From the NCBI RefSeq assembly GCF_006345805.1, contig NC_043008.1:38192001-38256000 (forward strand): a stretch of 64,000 bases of DNA, in the 5' to 3' direction. This DNA comes from Octopus sinensis (Eukaryota). The notes beneath the pieces were generated by a model that saw only the letters and a program-made list of their open reading frames with translations, was not told the origin of the DNA and ran no database searches. How positions within the stretch are numbered: the stretch's first letter is position 1; each line of letters starts with the position of its first letter. Shown here one piece after another: positions 1 to 13,854 of this stretch. The translations under genes were made by a program, and so were the position numbers.

Positions 1-544
1 AAATAATAATTCTTATTAAACATTATACATTTATTATTTAATGGACACATTTTCAATTTTTATTAGCAAATTGTATTCATTGTAAAATTCCAGTTTTCTT
101 TCCACTAAAATGCATCCATTCATATATTTCAGGAGTGTCAAATAATGTAGCCTTTTGTATACCACAAATACCCATGAAAATTTGAAAAAAAAAAAAAATT
201 ATACTCCCTACCACTAAACAAAAATCATAATGGATCTTGATGCTAGATTTTAGTCTCTGTTTATTTTTTTTGTTTTTGTATATATTTTCCTTCACTGATT
301 TTCCTAGAGAATAAAAATTAGCGTAAACTATGAAAAAAAAATAATTATAACAATACTTGTATGCTTGCAAAACTACCATAAAATTATAATTTAAATTCTA
401 AAATATTTGGAAAGAGCAGTGTGGGGTGAATTTAGACATTTTGTATATTTGTAATTTAAGTTTTAGAAACATGTCGTAACAAGACCTCTATTTTGTTTTC
501 TTTTTACTTCAACATTATTCAACATCTTCCGGATTTATAAACTT

Positions 545-625
545 TAATAATAATATAATAATAATGATAATAATAATAATAATAATAATATAATAATAAC
601 AACGATAATAATCAGAAGAAGAAGA
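545..625. repeat. (AAT)n microsatellite
   Basis: aataataat... tract read directly from the sequence. Confidence 0.95.
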
Positions 626-714
626 AAATAGACATTTACTATGCTATTACAATACTAAACGGAAAACATTGTTCTTATTCATATTTATTATGATTCCATA
701 CCATTTTGCTTAAA

Positions 715-880
715 TTACATACATATATATACATATATAGACCTATACACACATATGTATTTATATGTATATACATATAAACACACATATATGTATATAT
801 ACATATATGTGTATTTATATGTATATACATATAAACACACATATATGTATATATACATACATAGAAATACACACATACTT
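715..880. repeat. TA/CA-rich compound microsatellite with internal tandem duplication
   Basis: gtatttatatgtatatacatataaacacacatatatgtatatatacata occurs twice in tandem. Confidence 0.85.
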
Positions 881-1409
881 ATAAACACGTAAACGTGCAC
901 AAGAATGTGTGTGTGTGTTTGACATGTAATCTAGGAAAGAACAATTTTCCTTTCTAATTTTCTTCGTTACAATGTAGCCATCATAGACCGGAAACCGTTT
1001 AAAATGACTGCCCAAATACAATACGAAACATTTTCCTCTAAACAACAATAGGGAGCTTAATAACCATGATAGTGATCTTTTATCTTGGCACAAAGTCAGC
1101 ATTATCATTACGTTGTTGCTAAAGAGGAGACTTCACCTGCACAGACCTACATTATATGGTAAGGGGATTATTTTATCGATTTTGGAGAACTGAATGGTGA
1201 AATCTGCTCAAGCTGGGTTTGAACATGCAACAAACAAGGTGAAGAAAAATCTAAATACTAAAAGGCAACAGAGAAAGGACTTATTTGTTCTTGTTTCAAT
1301 TCTATACACAAAGGTTTTGTGCTAAACCTCACATGTCCCTTGTGTTGCATTGTCCCTTTTTAATTTTGTGTTAGGCCCTCGTGGCCATTGAAGAAATAAT
1401 AATAATTAT

Positions 1410-1533
1410 CATTCTTCTTCTTCTTCTCTTCTTCTTCTTCTTCTTATTATTATTATTATTATTATTATATTATTATTACTATTTTTATTATTATTATTAT
1501 TACTATTATTATTATTATATTATTATTATTATT
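1410..1533. repeat. (TTC)n(ATT)n compound microsatellite
   Basis: direct reading. Confidence 0.95.
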
Positions 1534-1747
1534 AAGGTGGTGAGCTGACAGAATCTTTAGCATGACAGGTGAAATGATAAGTGGCATGTCGTCTGCCACT
1601 ACATTCTCAATTCAGATTCCACCGGGGTTGACTTTGCCTTTCATCCTTTCAGGGTTGATTAAATAGGTATTAGTTATGCACTGGGGTCAATGAAATCAAC
1701 TTAATCACTTCCCTCAAATTTAAGGCCTTGTGCTTCCAGTAGAAAGG
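1534..1747 (+). mobile_element. SINE family A (tRNA-like head ggtgagctggcagaa...gttcaaattcc)
   Basis: Same head and body as more than 10 other copies in the window (gagctggcagaa...ttctgagttcaaattcc...gactttgcctttcatcctttc...ggggtcgat); flanked by (ATT)n on both sides. Confidence 0.85.
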
Positions 1748-1804
1748 ATCATTATCATTATTATTATTATTATTTTTATTACTATTATTATTATTATCAT
1801 TATT

Positions 1805-1836
<32 letters not shown>

Positions 1837-1894
1837 TATTATTTTTAATAATATTATTATTATCATTGTTGTTGTTGTTGTTTTTGCTATTACT

Positions 1895-2105
1895 AAGGTG
1901 TCAAGCTGGCAGAATTATTAGCATGCTGGACAAAATACTTAGAGACATTTTGTCTGTCTTTATGCTCTGAGTTCAAACTCCACCAAGATTAATTTTAATT
2001 TTCATCCTTATGAGGTCAATAAAAGAAGCACCAGGTGACCATTGTGAGAGATCATATTGAATTTCCTCTTCCATACGAAATTTCAGGCTTTGCACTTATA
2101 GTAAA
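1895..2105 (+). mobile_element. SINE family A, diverged
   Basis: aagctggcagaattattagcatgctggacaaaatacttag...ctctgagttcaaactcc...tcatcctt. Confidence 0.8.
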
Positions 2106-4622
2106 AAAAAAAAGGATCATTATTAATTTTTAAAGGGATGAAAAAAATACCTTGTAGTATTTAATTGATAACCTTTATGTTCAGAGTGCAGATCCAACTG
2201 AAGTTAATAAAATAAAGCATCAAAGAAGTGCTAGGGGACCATTGACTGTGACTCCTGTCTTTCTCATGGGCATCAGTAATGTAAGAGGCCGGTTACTATA
2301 ATTTTATAAACTGTGTGCCGTTGCTGGTTCAATTTGTGCTTTTATGTTGTATTTAGTTGAAAACTCTTTAGGTAGGTACCAAAGCATATGACTTTCAAAT
2401 GAAATAAGTTCTTGGAAATGTAAACCTGCAACTTGTTTCCAATTCCTGGATGTTAATTCTCAGTTCATTTATATCACTAATAAACTTAAGAATGATATAT
2501 GTGCTGCCTGATATTACTTCTCTTACCTATGATAAACATTGGTTGGTACCATTGCTGTGTTAGAAATCAATACTAAGTAGCTACCGTTCCTTCCAATTTC
2601 ACTTAATTTATTTACCAGAGTCTTCGCAATGTTGCATTTGAGCTGAATTTTTAAGTTGTTTCACATTAGAGTGAACTTACCATTACACAGTTTAATGCAC
2701 TTTCCTGCATATGATATTGTGTTATGAATGTTTGTATACTGAACAAATAAAACTTTCACTTAATATCGCCTAAGTAGGAGTATCAATTGGCCTATATTCC
2801 ACTTATTCAGTATTGGTGGAAATTTGAAATGCTTTGCGATAAAATGAAAAATCAGGACTAGAATGTAAATGAATATCTGAAATTTCTATGGGTACAATGA
2901 GAAAGTTCTTTCTTTAGATTAAATTACATTCAATCAACAGCTTAAGGTATTGTACCATCTTTTATCTTTAATCTACAATTCTTTCTCCTTCTCCCTCAAT
3001 ATATGTAATTTCATTTTCCTGCATTTCCTCAGGTAAATAGCCGTACTTATAGTGATAAGATACTTTAGAAAAATGATTGTTTCTGTAAAACCATACAGGG
3101 CTATGCTTTTGCATTATATTTCAAAACAGAAATATGGAAATTTATTAATAAACTACCACATGAATTTTCAGAGATAATCAGCAAGTATTATCGAATTTTA
3201 TACGAATGAATATCTTTTTTTTCTTTTTAATAGAAATCATGTAAATAAAATATGTATTAATGTTTGAAGGGTTTTGATACAGAATTTTTCAGGAAAGAAT
3301 ATATTGCTTATTTCAAGCCTAATTTAAAAGAGAAAGTTTTCAGTTGTGATTAAAGCATGAATAATTTAGAAAATATGCATCTAAATTTTGCATTTTCAAT
3401 GTATATATATATGTGTATGTGTGTGTGTGTGTGTGTGTGTACACAGGCAATTTGACTTTCTTTTTACTTTTTTACATCACATATATTAGTTATTTGTTTT
3501 TCTTTTTTAAATAAATCAGAGATACATAAAAAAAAGGGAAGTAGAAAAAATACATAGCTTTGTATTTTGCTTATATTGTAAAAGTCTTCTCGAGAAAAAC
3601 TAAATAAATAAATTTTAAATATATACTAAAACTCAATATTTTGCAGACACAAAAATGTTAGTATTCAATATCAGACAGAGAGTAGAGATAATGCAGAAGA
3701 ATTATTCAGGTTATCTGAAAGTCACTTCCGAAAATATTCATGCAATAAAAACAGAGAGATTTGCAACTAATTTTACAGAGTATATTGTGTGCATAGTAGA
3801 AGAATCCTTAAAAGTTATTTAAGATACATTCTGTAACACAATGCTAACCTGAGCATTTAGCTAAAGTAATATAATGGATTTATCGTTAGAGTGCTGTATT
3901 GGAATGAGATGTGCATCTGCGTGCATGTCCATATACATATATGTGAGTGAATGTGTGTGTGTGTTGATATATATATATATACACACACATAGATATGTAT
4001 GTGTGTGTGTATATATATATGTATGTATGTATGTGTGTGTATATATATATATATATATATGTATATAGATAGATAGATAGAGAGAGAAATAGAGAGATAG
4101 ATGGATAGATATAGATATGTATATTTATATATTTACATAGATATGTATATATACGTATAAATATGTATACATACATATATATATGTGTGTGAGTATAGAT
4201 ATACACAGGCATATTTATGCATACACATATACATTCAAAAAGATATGTGCACACACACACACCCATACATGCAATTGGTTCACAAGTAACTGGATAGAAA
4301 GCATAGATGCCCAACATACGAGTATGAGCTTTGGACAAGTGTCTCTCTGTCAACAAATCTCTGGATTTCTGAATTTGCCAACTTTTTCTTCAGAGAGAAA
4401 AAAATGTATGTTAAGTGTTGCTGTTTTAAATATTTTTCTGGAAGTCAAAAATGACTGCAGTCAGCCGAGTAGATTTGCATGCAAGAGTATCAAATAGAAT
4501 GGGTATTCCTTGTGACATTTAGTCTGACTATCTAAGCTCTGGGTTATAATTCAGCAAGAGGCAACTTTGTATTTTATCCTTTTACGGTTCATAGTAAAAA
4601 ACCAGTCCAGTACTGATGTTAG

Positions 4623-4667
<45 letters not shown>

Positions 4668-4909
4668 ATTATTATTATTATTAAGGTTGTGAGCTGAGTG
4701 AAAGTTTTTTCCAAATTACACAAATATTACAGTAGTTATTTTTACCACTGTAGAAATGAGATTTCATTAATAATGGGTTTTGTAGGAATAATATTAACAG
4801 TACATTTTAATTTACTGATTATCTGCTGTAATACTTCTTGAATAAAACTATGTTGCTCATAGTTTATGAAATTCGAGTATTAGCATGTTAATAATAGTGT
4901 TTATACAAA

Positions 4910-5270
4910 ATGCAGGAATGGCTGTGCAGTGAGATGCTTGCTTCCCAACTACATGGTTCTGGGATCATTTCCACTGCATAGCACCTTGAGCAAAAGCATT
5001 CTTCTATTACCTTGGGCTGATCAAAGGCTTCTAAGTGGATTTGGTAGAGAAAAACTGAAAGAAGCCTGCTATATATGCCTGTGTTTGTCCCCCACCACTG
5101 TTTTACAGCTGGTGTTGGTATGCTTGCATCCTTGTCACTTAGTGGTTCAGCAAAAAAGAACGATAGAATGAGTACCAGAATTTAAAAAATAGGCCCTGAG
5201 ATTGATTCTATTAACTAAAAATTCTTCAAGGTGGTGACCCCTGCATATCTACAGTCTTGTGACTGAAATA
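4910..5270 (+). mobile_element. SINE family B (head ggctgtgtggtaagaagcttgcttcccaa...ccactgc...gcaccttgggcaag)
   Basis: Aligns by eye with copies at 27583 and 30843. Confidence 0.8.
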
Positions 5271-5290
5271 AGTTTTAATTAAAATATATT

Positions 5291-5503
5291 CTTTTCTACT
5301 TTAGGCACAAGGCCCGAAATTTTGGGGGAGGGGGCCAGTCAATTAGATCAACTCCAGTATACAGCTGGTACCTAATTTATCGACCCTGGATGGATGAAAA
5401 GTAAAGTCGACCTCAGCAGAATTTGAACTCAAAACATAAGCACAGACGAAATACTGCTAAGTATTTCATCTGGCCTGCTAATGTTTCTGCCACCTCATCA
5501 CCT
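5291..5503 (-). mobile_element. SINE family A with 18-bp target-site duplication
   Basis: Reverse-complement family A body, flanked by the direct repeat ttttaattaaaatatatt at 5273-5290 and 5504-5521. Confidence 0.9.
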
Positions 5504-6314
5504 TTTTAATTAAAATATATTAATTGATAATCTTATGATGGATTCTATCTTTGGTAAATTACTCTGTTTATATTTTGTTCATGATTAGCTTTTTCATGTA
5601 ACTGCTAAGTCTTTAACTCTCAAAGTGAGTGAAGATTAGTCTTAATAATAAGTAAGCTACTATTTATCATTTACCCAATAAATAGAAAGTAGATAGTTTA
5701 ATTAATAATTGATTTTCATGAGAAGAATGCTATAAATAGATTGTATTCATTTATCAACAATTATATGTTGTTACCGTATCCTTTAATTAGGACTACATAC
5801 ATGAATTTAGAATATTAGTCATTAATAAAAGACTTATATTAACTGAAAATCTCGTTTATAATGGCATATTTACTTACAAAAGAATATAATTAATACCATG
5901 TCAACACTCACTAGCGCAACAAAATCATATTAGTAGATTGTGTGTGAAATATATTATGACGTAGAAATTAATTTAATCAGTACCTATAAGTAATTAAAAG
6001 ATATCAATTAACAATTTATGATACATGTGAATTTTTAAGTACCAACAAGGTGATTCATGAAAGCTCAAAATACTATCCCCAAGGAGAATTTTTGCTTCAG
6101 AATATATGTATACATATGTGTGTGTGTACATGCATATATATATATATATTGTATATAATATATGTATCTATGCATGTATGCACGTAAGTATGTATACATA
6201 TATATATATATATATATATTTCAACAATTGAGGGCAAAATTAATTAATTATTAATCAATTTCACCAAGTGTTCAGTATGCAAAGGGACCATTCAAGGCGA
6301 ATTCAAATTATTAC

Positions 6315-6537
6315 ATTATATAAAAGGGCTTAGTAAAATAAATTACTTTGCCGCATACTGAACTCATTAGAAATAGCAGCTAAAAAACTTTTTTAAAGCT
6401 ATTTCTAATACTTAAAGAAAATCTCTCTCATGAGAGAGATTTTCTTTAAGTATTAGAAATAGCTTTAAAAAGTTTTTTAGCTGCTATTTCTAATGAGTTC
6501 AGTATGCGGCAAAGTAATTTATTTTACTAAGCCCTTT

Positions 6538-6545
<8 letters not shown>
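6315..6545. repeat. 231-bp spacer-less palindrome (fold-back)
   Basis: Centre ctctctca|tgagagag at 6430/6431; arms are exact reverse complements except one indel in an A/T run. Confidence 0.95.
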
Positions 6546-6611
<66 letters not shown>

Positions 6612-6659
6612 AGATCATGAAAGTTACAGAGGAAGTTGTAGCTCAATTGATTAGAAATA

Positions 6660-7790
6660 GAACTAAACTAGATGAGTTGTAATTTGGTCTTTACCTGGTA
6701 AGAGTACCACAGATGCCAGCTTTATATTGTGATAGCTACAGAAAAAGTATTTAGCCATTGTACTTGGCTTTCATCGAACTGGACAAAGCTTTTGACAGAT
6801 TCTTTCACTCTGTTATCTGGTGGCCCCTAAGGAAGTTAGGAGTAGCTGAATGACTTGCTAGAGCTGTACAAGCCATGTGCAGTGGTGGTGTTGGTTGAGT
6901 GAAAGTTGACCACAAGTACAGTGATGAATTTAGTGTACAAGTGGGGGTTCACCAGGGCTCAGTTCTTAGTCCACTCTTAGTCATCATAGTCCTCCAGGTC
7001 ATAACAGAGGAATTTAAAATTAGTTGCCCAAAAGAAATGCTATTTGCTGATGCCTCACTTTTATAACAAAATCTGTAGCAGAACTGGAGAAGAAATTCCA
7101 GGTATAGAAGCAAAACCTGGAATCAAAGGGCTTTAAAGATAATGTAACTAAGACCAAAGATGTTGTTAGCAAGAAAGGAGATAAGGTTGTCTTTCTGTCT
7201 CGGCTCAATATGTAGGAAAGGTTTTGGAAGAAATTCTAATTTGTTGCACTTAGTGCAAACTATGGACACATAAGAGATGCAGTAGAATCAGAGACAGGTT
7301 AACAGAAAACGTTGTCTTCTTATATGGCAGATGCACAGGAAAAATAAACATTAAGAATGTTTGGGAATTAGACCCTTTGAAATGCCCAAAATACTCTTTT
7401 GAAGTTGTTGACAGTTTCTGTTACTCAGGTGACCAGATTGGCAGTGGTGTTGAATGTTCTGAAAGTATTGTTGCAAGAATTAGAATAGGATGGAGGAAGT
7501 TCAGAGTGCTGTTGCCTCTGTTGGCAACAAAAAGACTCTCAGAGTGAAAGGAAGATTGTATGATGTTTGTGTATGAACAGCTAAACTCTATGGTAGTGTG
7601 ACATGGGTTTTGAATGCAGAAGACATGTACATACCAAAGAGGAATGAAACTAGTATGTTCCAATAGATATGCAACATCAGGGTGTATGTACAACAAGGTG
7701 CAAATGCATTGAGAGAAAATTTAGGCATAAGAGGAATCAGATGTTGCCTACGTTAGTTTGGACATGTGATGCATATGAATGAAGACAAAT
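6660..7790 (+). mobile_element. Decayed RTE-clade LINE reverse transcriptase (stops and frameshifts)
   Basis: Translated motifs LAFIELDKAFDR, VGVHQGSVLSPLL, EMLFADA (degenerate YADD) and ARIRIGWRKFRVLLPLLATK; homologous to the intact segment at 35988-36470. Confidence 0.9.
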
Positions 7791-7919
7791 AGAAGTTCTG
7801 TCATATAATATGGTGATACTATGACTTACTTTACCATCTGGAAACAGATATAAGTCATAGGCTGATTCTCAACATTTTCTACAAAAGGCACTCCACCGAA
7901 CAAAGTACTTCTATATGGT

Positions 7920-8100
7920 CACTCTAATTGCTAGAAATAGCAACAAAATTCCTCTTAACTAATACCATTTTTTTTAAAAAAAGGAAGAGTAGATTATATA
8001 TAAATCCTTATTGTACATATAGATTGAGTGATCATGGCTAGAATACCATTGAACATAAGTTCTATCATTTGGGTCTGACCTGGGACTAAACAACAACATG
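7920..8100 (+). mobile_element. Short interspersed repeat family E (gctagaaatagc...catggctggaatgcc...ctaaacaacaac tail)
   Basis: Related segments at 8780-8900 (-), 54650-54960 (-), 57740-57820 (+) and 63500-63640 (-). Confidence 0.6.
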
Positions 8101-8503
8101 ACAGTAACATTATATATCTGATTAATGCTGTCTTGAAACATCTGATCAATGATTAATGCTGTCTTCCAGCATTAACCTGTTACTTTACAATGGCTGAAAT
8201 CCATCAACTTAAAAGTGTGTTTATAAAATTATAACAAAAATCAGGAAAAAAATGAAAAAGATAAAGAAAGTAAACAAGAAAGCTAGATTCCACCACCAAA
8301 AAAACGAAAAACAAGGGAATCACTATTATTCTTTCCATAGCATCATCATAACTCTTGTCTTGGATGATAGATAATGCTTTCTCATTCTTATCAAACGAAG
8401 AGGAAATAAAACTAAAAAGAGTTTAATAGATTAACCTCGTTAATCTTTGTACCTAATAAATAAATGGTGCGGGAGGTTATCTTACCAAATGTTTAATTCA
8501 CAG

Positions 8504-8622
8504 ACTTTCGAAGTTTGGATTTTTCGAATGAAAAACAAAAAAGGCAATTAAAAGACAGTAAAATTAAGCAAGATTTTCCTAATGATCAATATGTAACAAT
8601 ATATAACTTCACCCAGTTAGTG
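8504..8622 (+). CDS. Candidate coding exon of an unidentified gene (xDFRSLDFSNEKQKRQLKDSKIKQDFPNDQYVTIYNFTQLV)
   Basis: ttaattcacAG acceptor and GTATGG donor; only the phase-1 frame is open; ends in phase 0, compatible with the next candidate exon. Confidence 0.45.
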
Positions 8623-10730
8623 GTATGGTTTTGTTCTTTTTTAATTTATATATTGGTTCTTTATTATTAAAAGATATTTAAAGAAAAAAATATAGGTTGC
8701 AGACACATACACTCTCACACACATACACACATAAAATTTGAACTTGGTTATCTTAATAATTCTTATTTGATTAATATTGTTATTGTTGATTAACCCTAGG
8801 TCAACAGCGATTGAATAAACTTATGATCAAAGGCATTTCAGTCATAACCATAACTAACTTATCATTTATTTAGACTTAGTATACACAGGACTATATTATC
8901 TAAACAGTGTGGATGCAACCATGACTGGAGGGTTAAAAATTTCACTCACGACTACAATGTCTCAGGTTTGATTCCACAGTGGGGCACCTTGGGCAAGTGT
9001 CTTTATCACAGCCAGAGCTGGTCACAAATATTGTAAATGAAATTGGTTTGATAGAAACAGAGTAGAAACCCATTGGTTGGATGATATCTGCAATTCAAAG
9101 GTTTGCCCTTGTTATACTGTGCACCTAGGATACACATGTCTTTAATGGACTTCTCAGTCATTTCAAGTCATTCAGTTGAGCAAACAGTTGGGGGCTCATA
9201 TGTCGAAAGTGAGTGGAGAATTCATCATCCAATTTGTACTTTCTTTTCATCAGCAGGGTTTGGTACTAGAGAGATTTGGTTGCTATTTCTAGTAGATTGA
9301 GTAGACATATAGAAGAAGCTTGCTTGCTGATAGATGTTTAATAGCTATCAGGATGGAGCAAAGATAAAACCAAAAAGTAAACCATGTGATTGGGAAGAAA
9401 GCTTCTTACCACACAGCCCTTCCTGCACCTATGTTTAAAATTTTTATATCTATAAAAAAACACCCCTTAACAAAAATTACTTCCTTATAAACTCACAGTG
9501 TCCCTAAAAGGGCAACTTCCAGTCTGGATAAGAACCATTGCTGTCAACCATATAAGTATTTAAAAGTTTATTTCAGTATCTAATCCAGCAATTTGCTGAA
9601 ACATTCACACCCATATGAGCATCTATTTGTAAAGTCTGCCAGAGAACAATAGCAATTGTTATTAATAACAAGAAATGATACAGAATCTTCAATCTAAAAC
9701 GCTGAAGCAATTCTTCATAAATCTTCAACATAAATATGTGAATTAACCAAGTGAAGAAATGAAAGCAAAGCAACCAAAATTCCAACTAAAGAAAAATTTG
9801 AAATATTTAAAGATCAGTTTCGTGACAGAATTAATAGTTAGAGGAAATTACTACTAACTTTCAATAGGGGCTGGATATTTTTTTTTATTTATTTAGTCTT
9901 TTTTTAAAAATTTATTTTTCTTTTTTATCTGACAATTAACATTCAAAGTAATTAATGACATTTACTTTTAGAAGATTTTAAAATTTAAATTCATAGGAAG
10001 AGAGAATATTTCTGTCTCTACCACATGAAGAATGTTATGCCATAAGGAAAATAATTTCTTCACTGTTCATTACATTTACTACTAGCTGCCTATTCGTCTC
10101 TAGTACTACTATAATTTCTAAATGAAATAATACAAAATATGTCAGTTCTGCACTTGAAAGTTTGACAATTTCAACATTTTCTATGATTGTTATTGCAGTT
10201 ATTATTATTTTTGATTTTAAATGAGAATTAGTTGTTTATAATTAATTTTTATTTCTTTTTTAATTTTTCATTTGAATTTGTAAAGTTATGAGAGTTTTAT
10301 CAAATTGCAGGAGTGTTGATTGCAGACAAAAATATTCTAATTAATTTGTAAATTAATTATAAAATAGAAATTCCTTTTCAAAGCAGTAATTAATTCTTAC
10401 TTTCATAACTAAGTGTTGAGGAAAATTTCCTTAAAATGTTAAAAAGATTGACTTTTATATAATATCGAGATTTTAATAAAAGCTTCACATTTACAATAGA
10501 ACAGAACAGGCTAAGCAAGATCTGTGTTAGTGGAGTAGAATGGAGGTAGTTTTTATGTTAAGATTTCATTTACAGACTAGAGTATGAACTATGCAACTCT
10601 GATACTCTTCTGAATGTCATCAACATCATTTTCTCATTTGGATTTTTCCAAAATTCTTGAATCTTCTAAAATGTTTGAATCTCAGAAATATATATTTATG
10701 GGGCCTTAATTATTTATTTATTTTTTTTAG

Positions 10731-10763
10731 CTTTTGTCATCTGTTTTTCGCATACTAGCGTCG
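10731..10763 (+). CDS. Candidate 33-nt exon (LLSSVFRILAS in phase 0)
   Basis: Long poly-T tract plus tAG acceptor; G|GTAAGA donor. Confidence 0.5.
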
Positions 10764-10968
10764 GTAAGATGGGAACCTATTTATAGTTGCATGATATTCC
10801 TGTTTCCATCTTATCAGATTTTCAAGAAAGGGACTTTGCTTCTTTAATTTTTTTTTATTTCTCTTGTGTTTGAAAGAGTTGAGCAACCAATCATAACGTC
10901 AACAAAGAATTACCAGCAATCACAAGCAAAGCCATGAACAGTCAATATTCACTCTCTCTCCCTATCTT

Positions 10969-11001
<33 letters not shown>

Positions 11002-11221
11002 TGCATAGATGCATGCACACACAAAGCACACATACACAACGGACATCCTACAACTTCCATCTCCAAATTCTCTCTTTGAAGGCATTGATATGTCTTGGGT
11101 TAGTGTAGAGGAGTTTCAGACACTGTAATGTTTCTACCTCATTGTGGGTCTCCTCAGTCGAAGCACGCTGTTCTATGTATGTACCCCATAAATTATTATC
11201 TGTTTGGCTGACTCCAACATT

Positions 11222-11700
11222 CATCATCATCATCATCGTTTAATGTCCGTTTTCCATGCTAGCATGGATCGGACGGTTTGACCGGGGTCTGGGAAGCCAG
11301 GAGGCTGCACCAGGCTCCAGTCTGATCTGGCAGTGTTTCTACAGCTGGATGCCCTTCCTAACGCCAACCACTCCGTGAATGTAGTGGGTGCTTTTTATGT
11401 GCCACCTGCACAGGTGCCAGGGGTGGCTGGCAACGTCCATGATCGGTTGGTGGTTATTACATGCCACCGACATGGAAGCCAGTCAAGGTGGCGCTGGTAT
11501 TGGCCACGTACGGATGGTGCTTTTTACGTGCCAGGGTAGGCTGGCAACGACCACGAACGGTTGGTGCTTTTTATGTGCCACCGGCATGGAAGCCAGTCAA
11601 GGTGGCACTGGCATCGGCCACGTACAGATGGTGCTTTTTACATGCCACCAGCACAGGTGCCAGGGGAGGCTGGCAATGGCCACGAATCTGTTTGCCAATT
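11222..11700 (-). mobile_element. RTE-family 3' UTR/tail fragment with (GAT)n tail and GC-rich ~60-70 bp subrepeats
   Basis: catcatcatcgtttaatgtccgttttccatgctagcatgg...ctacagctggatgcccttcctaacgcc matches the 3' end of the RTE at 34250-36470. Confidence 0.85.
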
Positions 11701-11729
11701 CCTATCAACAAAGCTTGTGCTCTTATCAG

Positions 11730-11797
11730 ATTTGTTGGTCCATCAGGGTAAATTTCACCAAGGAGACATGCAACGTAGTAAAAACACAGATGAATAG
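11730..11797 (+). CDS. Candidate exon (ICWSIRVNFTKETCNVVKTQMN + ag)
   Basis: tcttatcAG acceptor and AG|GTATGT donor; phase 0 open and compatible with the upstream exon. Confidence 0.45.
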
Positions 11798-12709
11798 GTA
11801 TGTTATTATTTAGACTCTTCCTAATGTGTATGTACCCTAAAAAGTAATTTAGATTATGTGACAATAGTAATTTTACTGAGTGGATAGTGATGACACTTAT
11901 TCAATGACACTTATTCAAAAGATGTTTACACAAGTTGCATTTAAATGCATTTTACTGTCTCCATAAAACATATTGGGAGCTGTGACTCAAAAGTTATGAC
12001 GAAGATGATGTTTAGAAGAGAGACTATAATAATTTTGACAGTTTCATTGGTAGAGCTGAAGAATTCTACTTTCTTATTTTATTGAGAAGAAACATTCATA
12101 AATATTTTGATTTATATATATTTCAGAACTACAAAGTACAGAAATAATAACGACAACAACAATAATGATGATGATGTTGATGATGATGATGATGCTGATA
12201 GTGACGACAACAACAACAACGAAATGGAAAGAATAAAGCAAGAAAATATTTATAACTGTAGTTTGAATGTTGCCAAAAAAAGAAAGTGACGTATAGAAAA
12301 AGTCTAACATACCCCAAAGATATTCCTATCTCTGCCCCCCCCCCCAACCATTTCTATTTGTCTTTAGAAAAGATTAAAGAGGTAGTACCTCATACTTTGA
12401 GCTGAATGTACAAAGATGTAAGCAAACTACTTTTATTTGTGACCTTATGCAGAAAGGAATAAACAAGGTTCTAAAAATCAACATATTGTCACCATATATT
12501 GTGGCTGCTGCCTATAGCGGAAGTAAGAGAATTGTATAATAAAAACCATTCCAGCACTAGAATGGATACAAGAGCAAATGATAGATATTTATAATATTGT
12601 TGTTATAAAGAAGAGAAAGAGAGAGACATATAGCTATAAGCTATAAAAACTGCTTCAATAAAGATAAAACACACATCAACATCATCAGTGTGTGTATGAA
12701 TGCATACAT

Positions 12710-12830
12710 GATATATGTGTACGTAAATGTGTGTGTTTGCTTGTGTGTGTGTGTATGTGTTTGAGTGTATATATATATGTGTGTGTGTGTTTGAGTGTGT
12801 ATATACATACATATACATATATATACACCC

Positions 12831-12879
<49 letters not shown>

Positions 12880-12880
12880 C

Positions 12881-12911
<31 letters not shown>

Positions 12912-12912
12912 C

Positions 12913-12962
<50 letters not shown>

Positions 12963-12970
12963 GTGCATAA
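12710..12970. repeat. (TG)n/(TA)n/(TACA)n compound microsatellite
   Basis: direct reading; explains the overlapping YI-rich ORFs. Confidence 0.95.
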
Positions 12971-13810
12971 TTTACACAAACATATGCATGCATGTTTGCC
13001 ACACATATCCTCAAAACATACAATATGGCAATAATGAATCTAGCAATAAGAGAGAGAGAGAGAGTGAAGGAGAGAGAAAGAGAGAGTGACAGAGAGAGAA
13101 AGAGAGGGAGAGAGTTGTGTATTCGTGTATCTGTGTGTATGTAAGTTTGAATATGTGTGTGTGTATGTATGCTAACAATAGCAGACATAAACAGAATCAA
13201 ATTGGATGTAAGGAATAAAGGAACAATTCATTTATGAACAGAAGAGAACATAACATAACGTAACATGACAATAAATGAAACGGCAAAGACATTCTTACAT
13301 GTAACAAATCACTGGGTAAATCAAAATAACATTAAAAACAATAACAAAACAGACAATTTTTACAAAAGTTACATAATCCATACAGGAAGTTGGATGTAAC
13401 AAATATTTACATAACAAAACTTTGAGTCAAGATGTTTTCCAATTTGTTTTAAGATGAAAATTGGTTGGTTAACATGGTTGCGATTTTCAAATGCGCATCA
13501 ATATATATATATGATGTGGTCTCATTAAAAGAAGGATTACTTTAATAATGTTTAAAATGAATAATAGATATGGAACTTGTATTTATGGTAGAAAATAAGT
13601 TGAAATAATATTTATGAAAAACACAAAAAGTACAAAAACATAAAGAAAAACATCCAAATATCAAAACAACCACAACAACAAACATAAAAAGCAACAACCA
13701 CCAACAACAACATTAAGAATGATAATGATGTTACAATAATGAATATACAAACATTTCAAACACAGCATGAAATATGCTTTAGATGATATAATAAGAGGGA
13801 GAGAGAGAAA

Positions 13811-13854
<44 letters not shown>

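Noticed and set aside
77-379. 100-aa minus-strand ORF ending ...TPEIYEWMHFSGKKTGILQ
   Set aside because: Low-complexity N-terminus, no acceptor AG before the protein-like part and no recognisable homology
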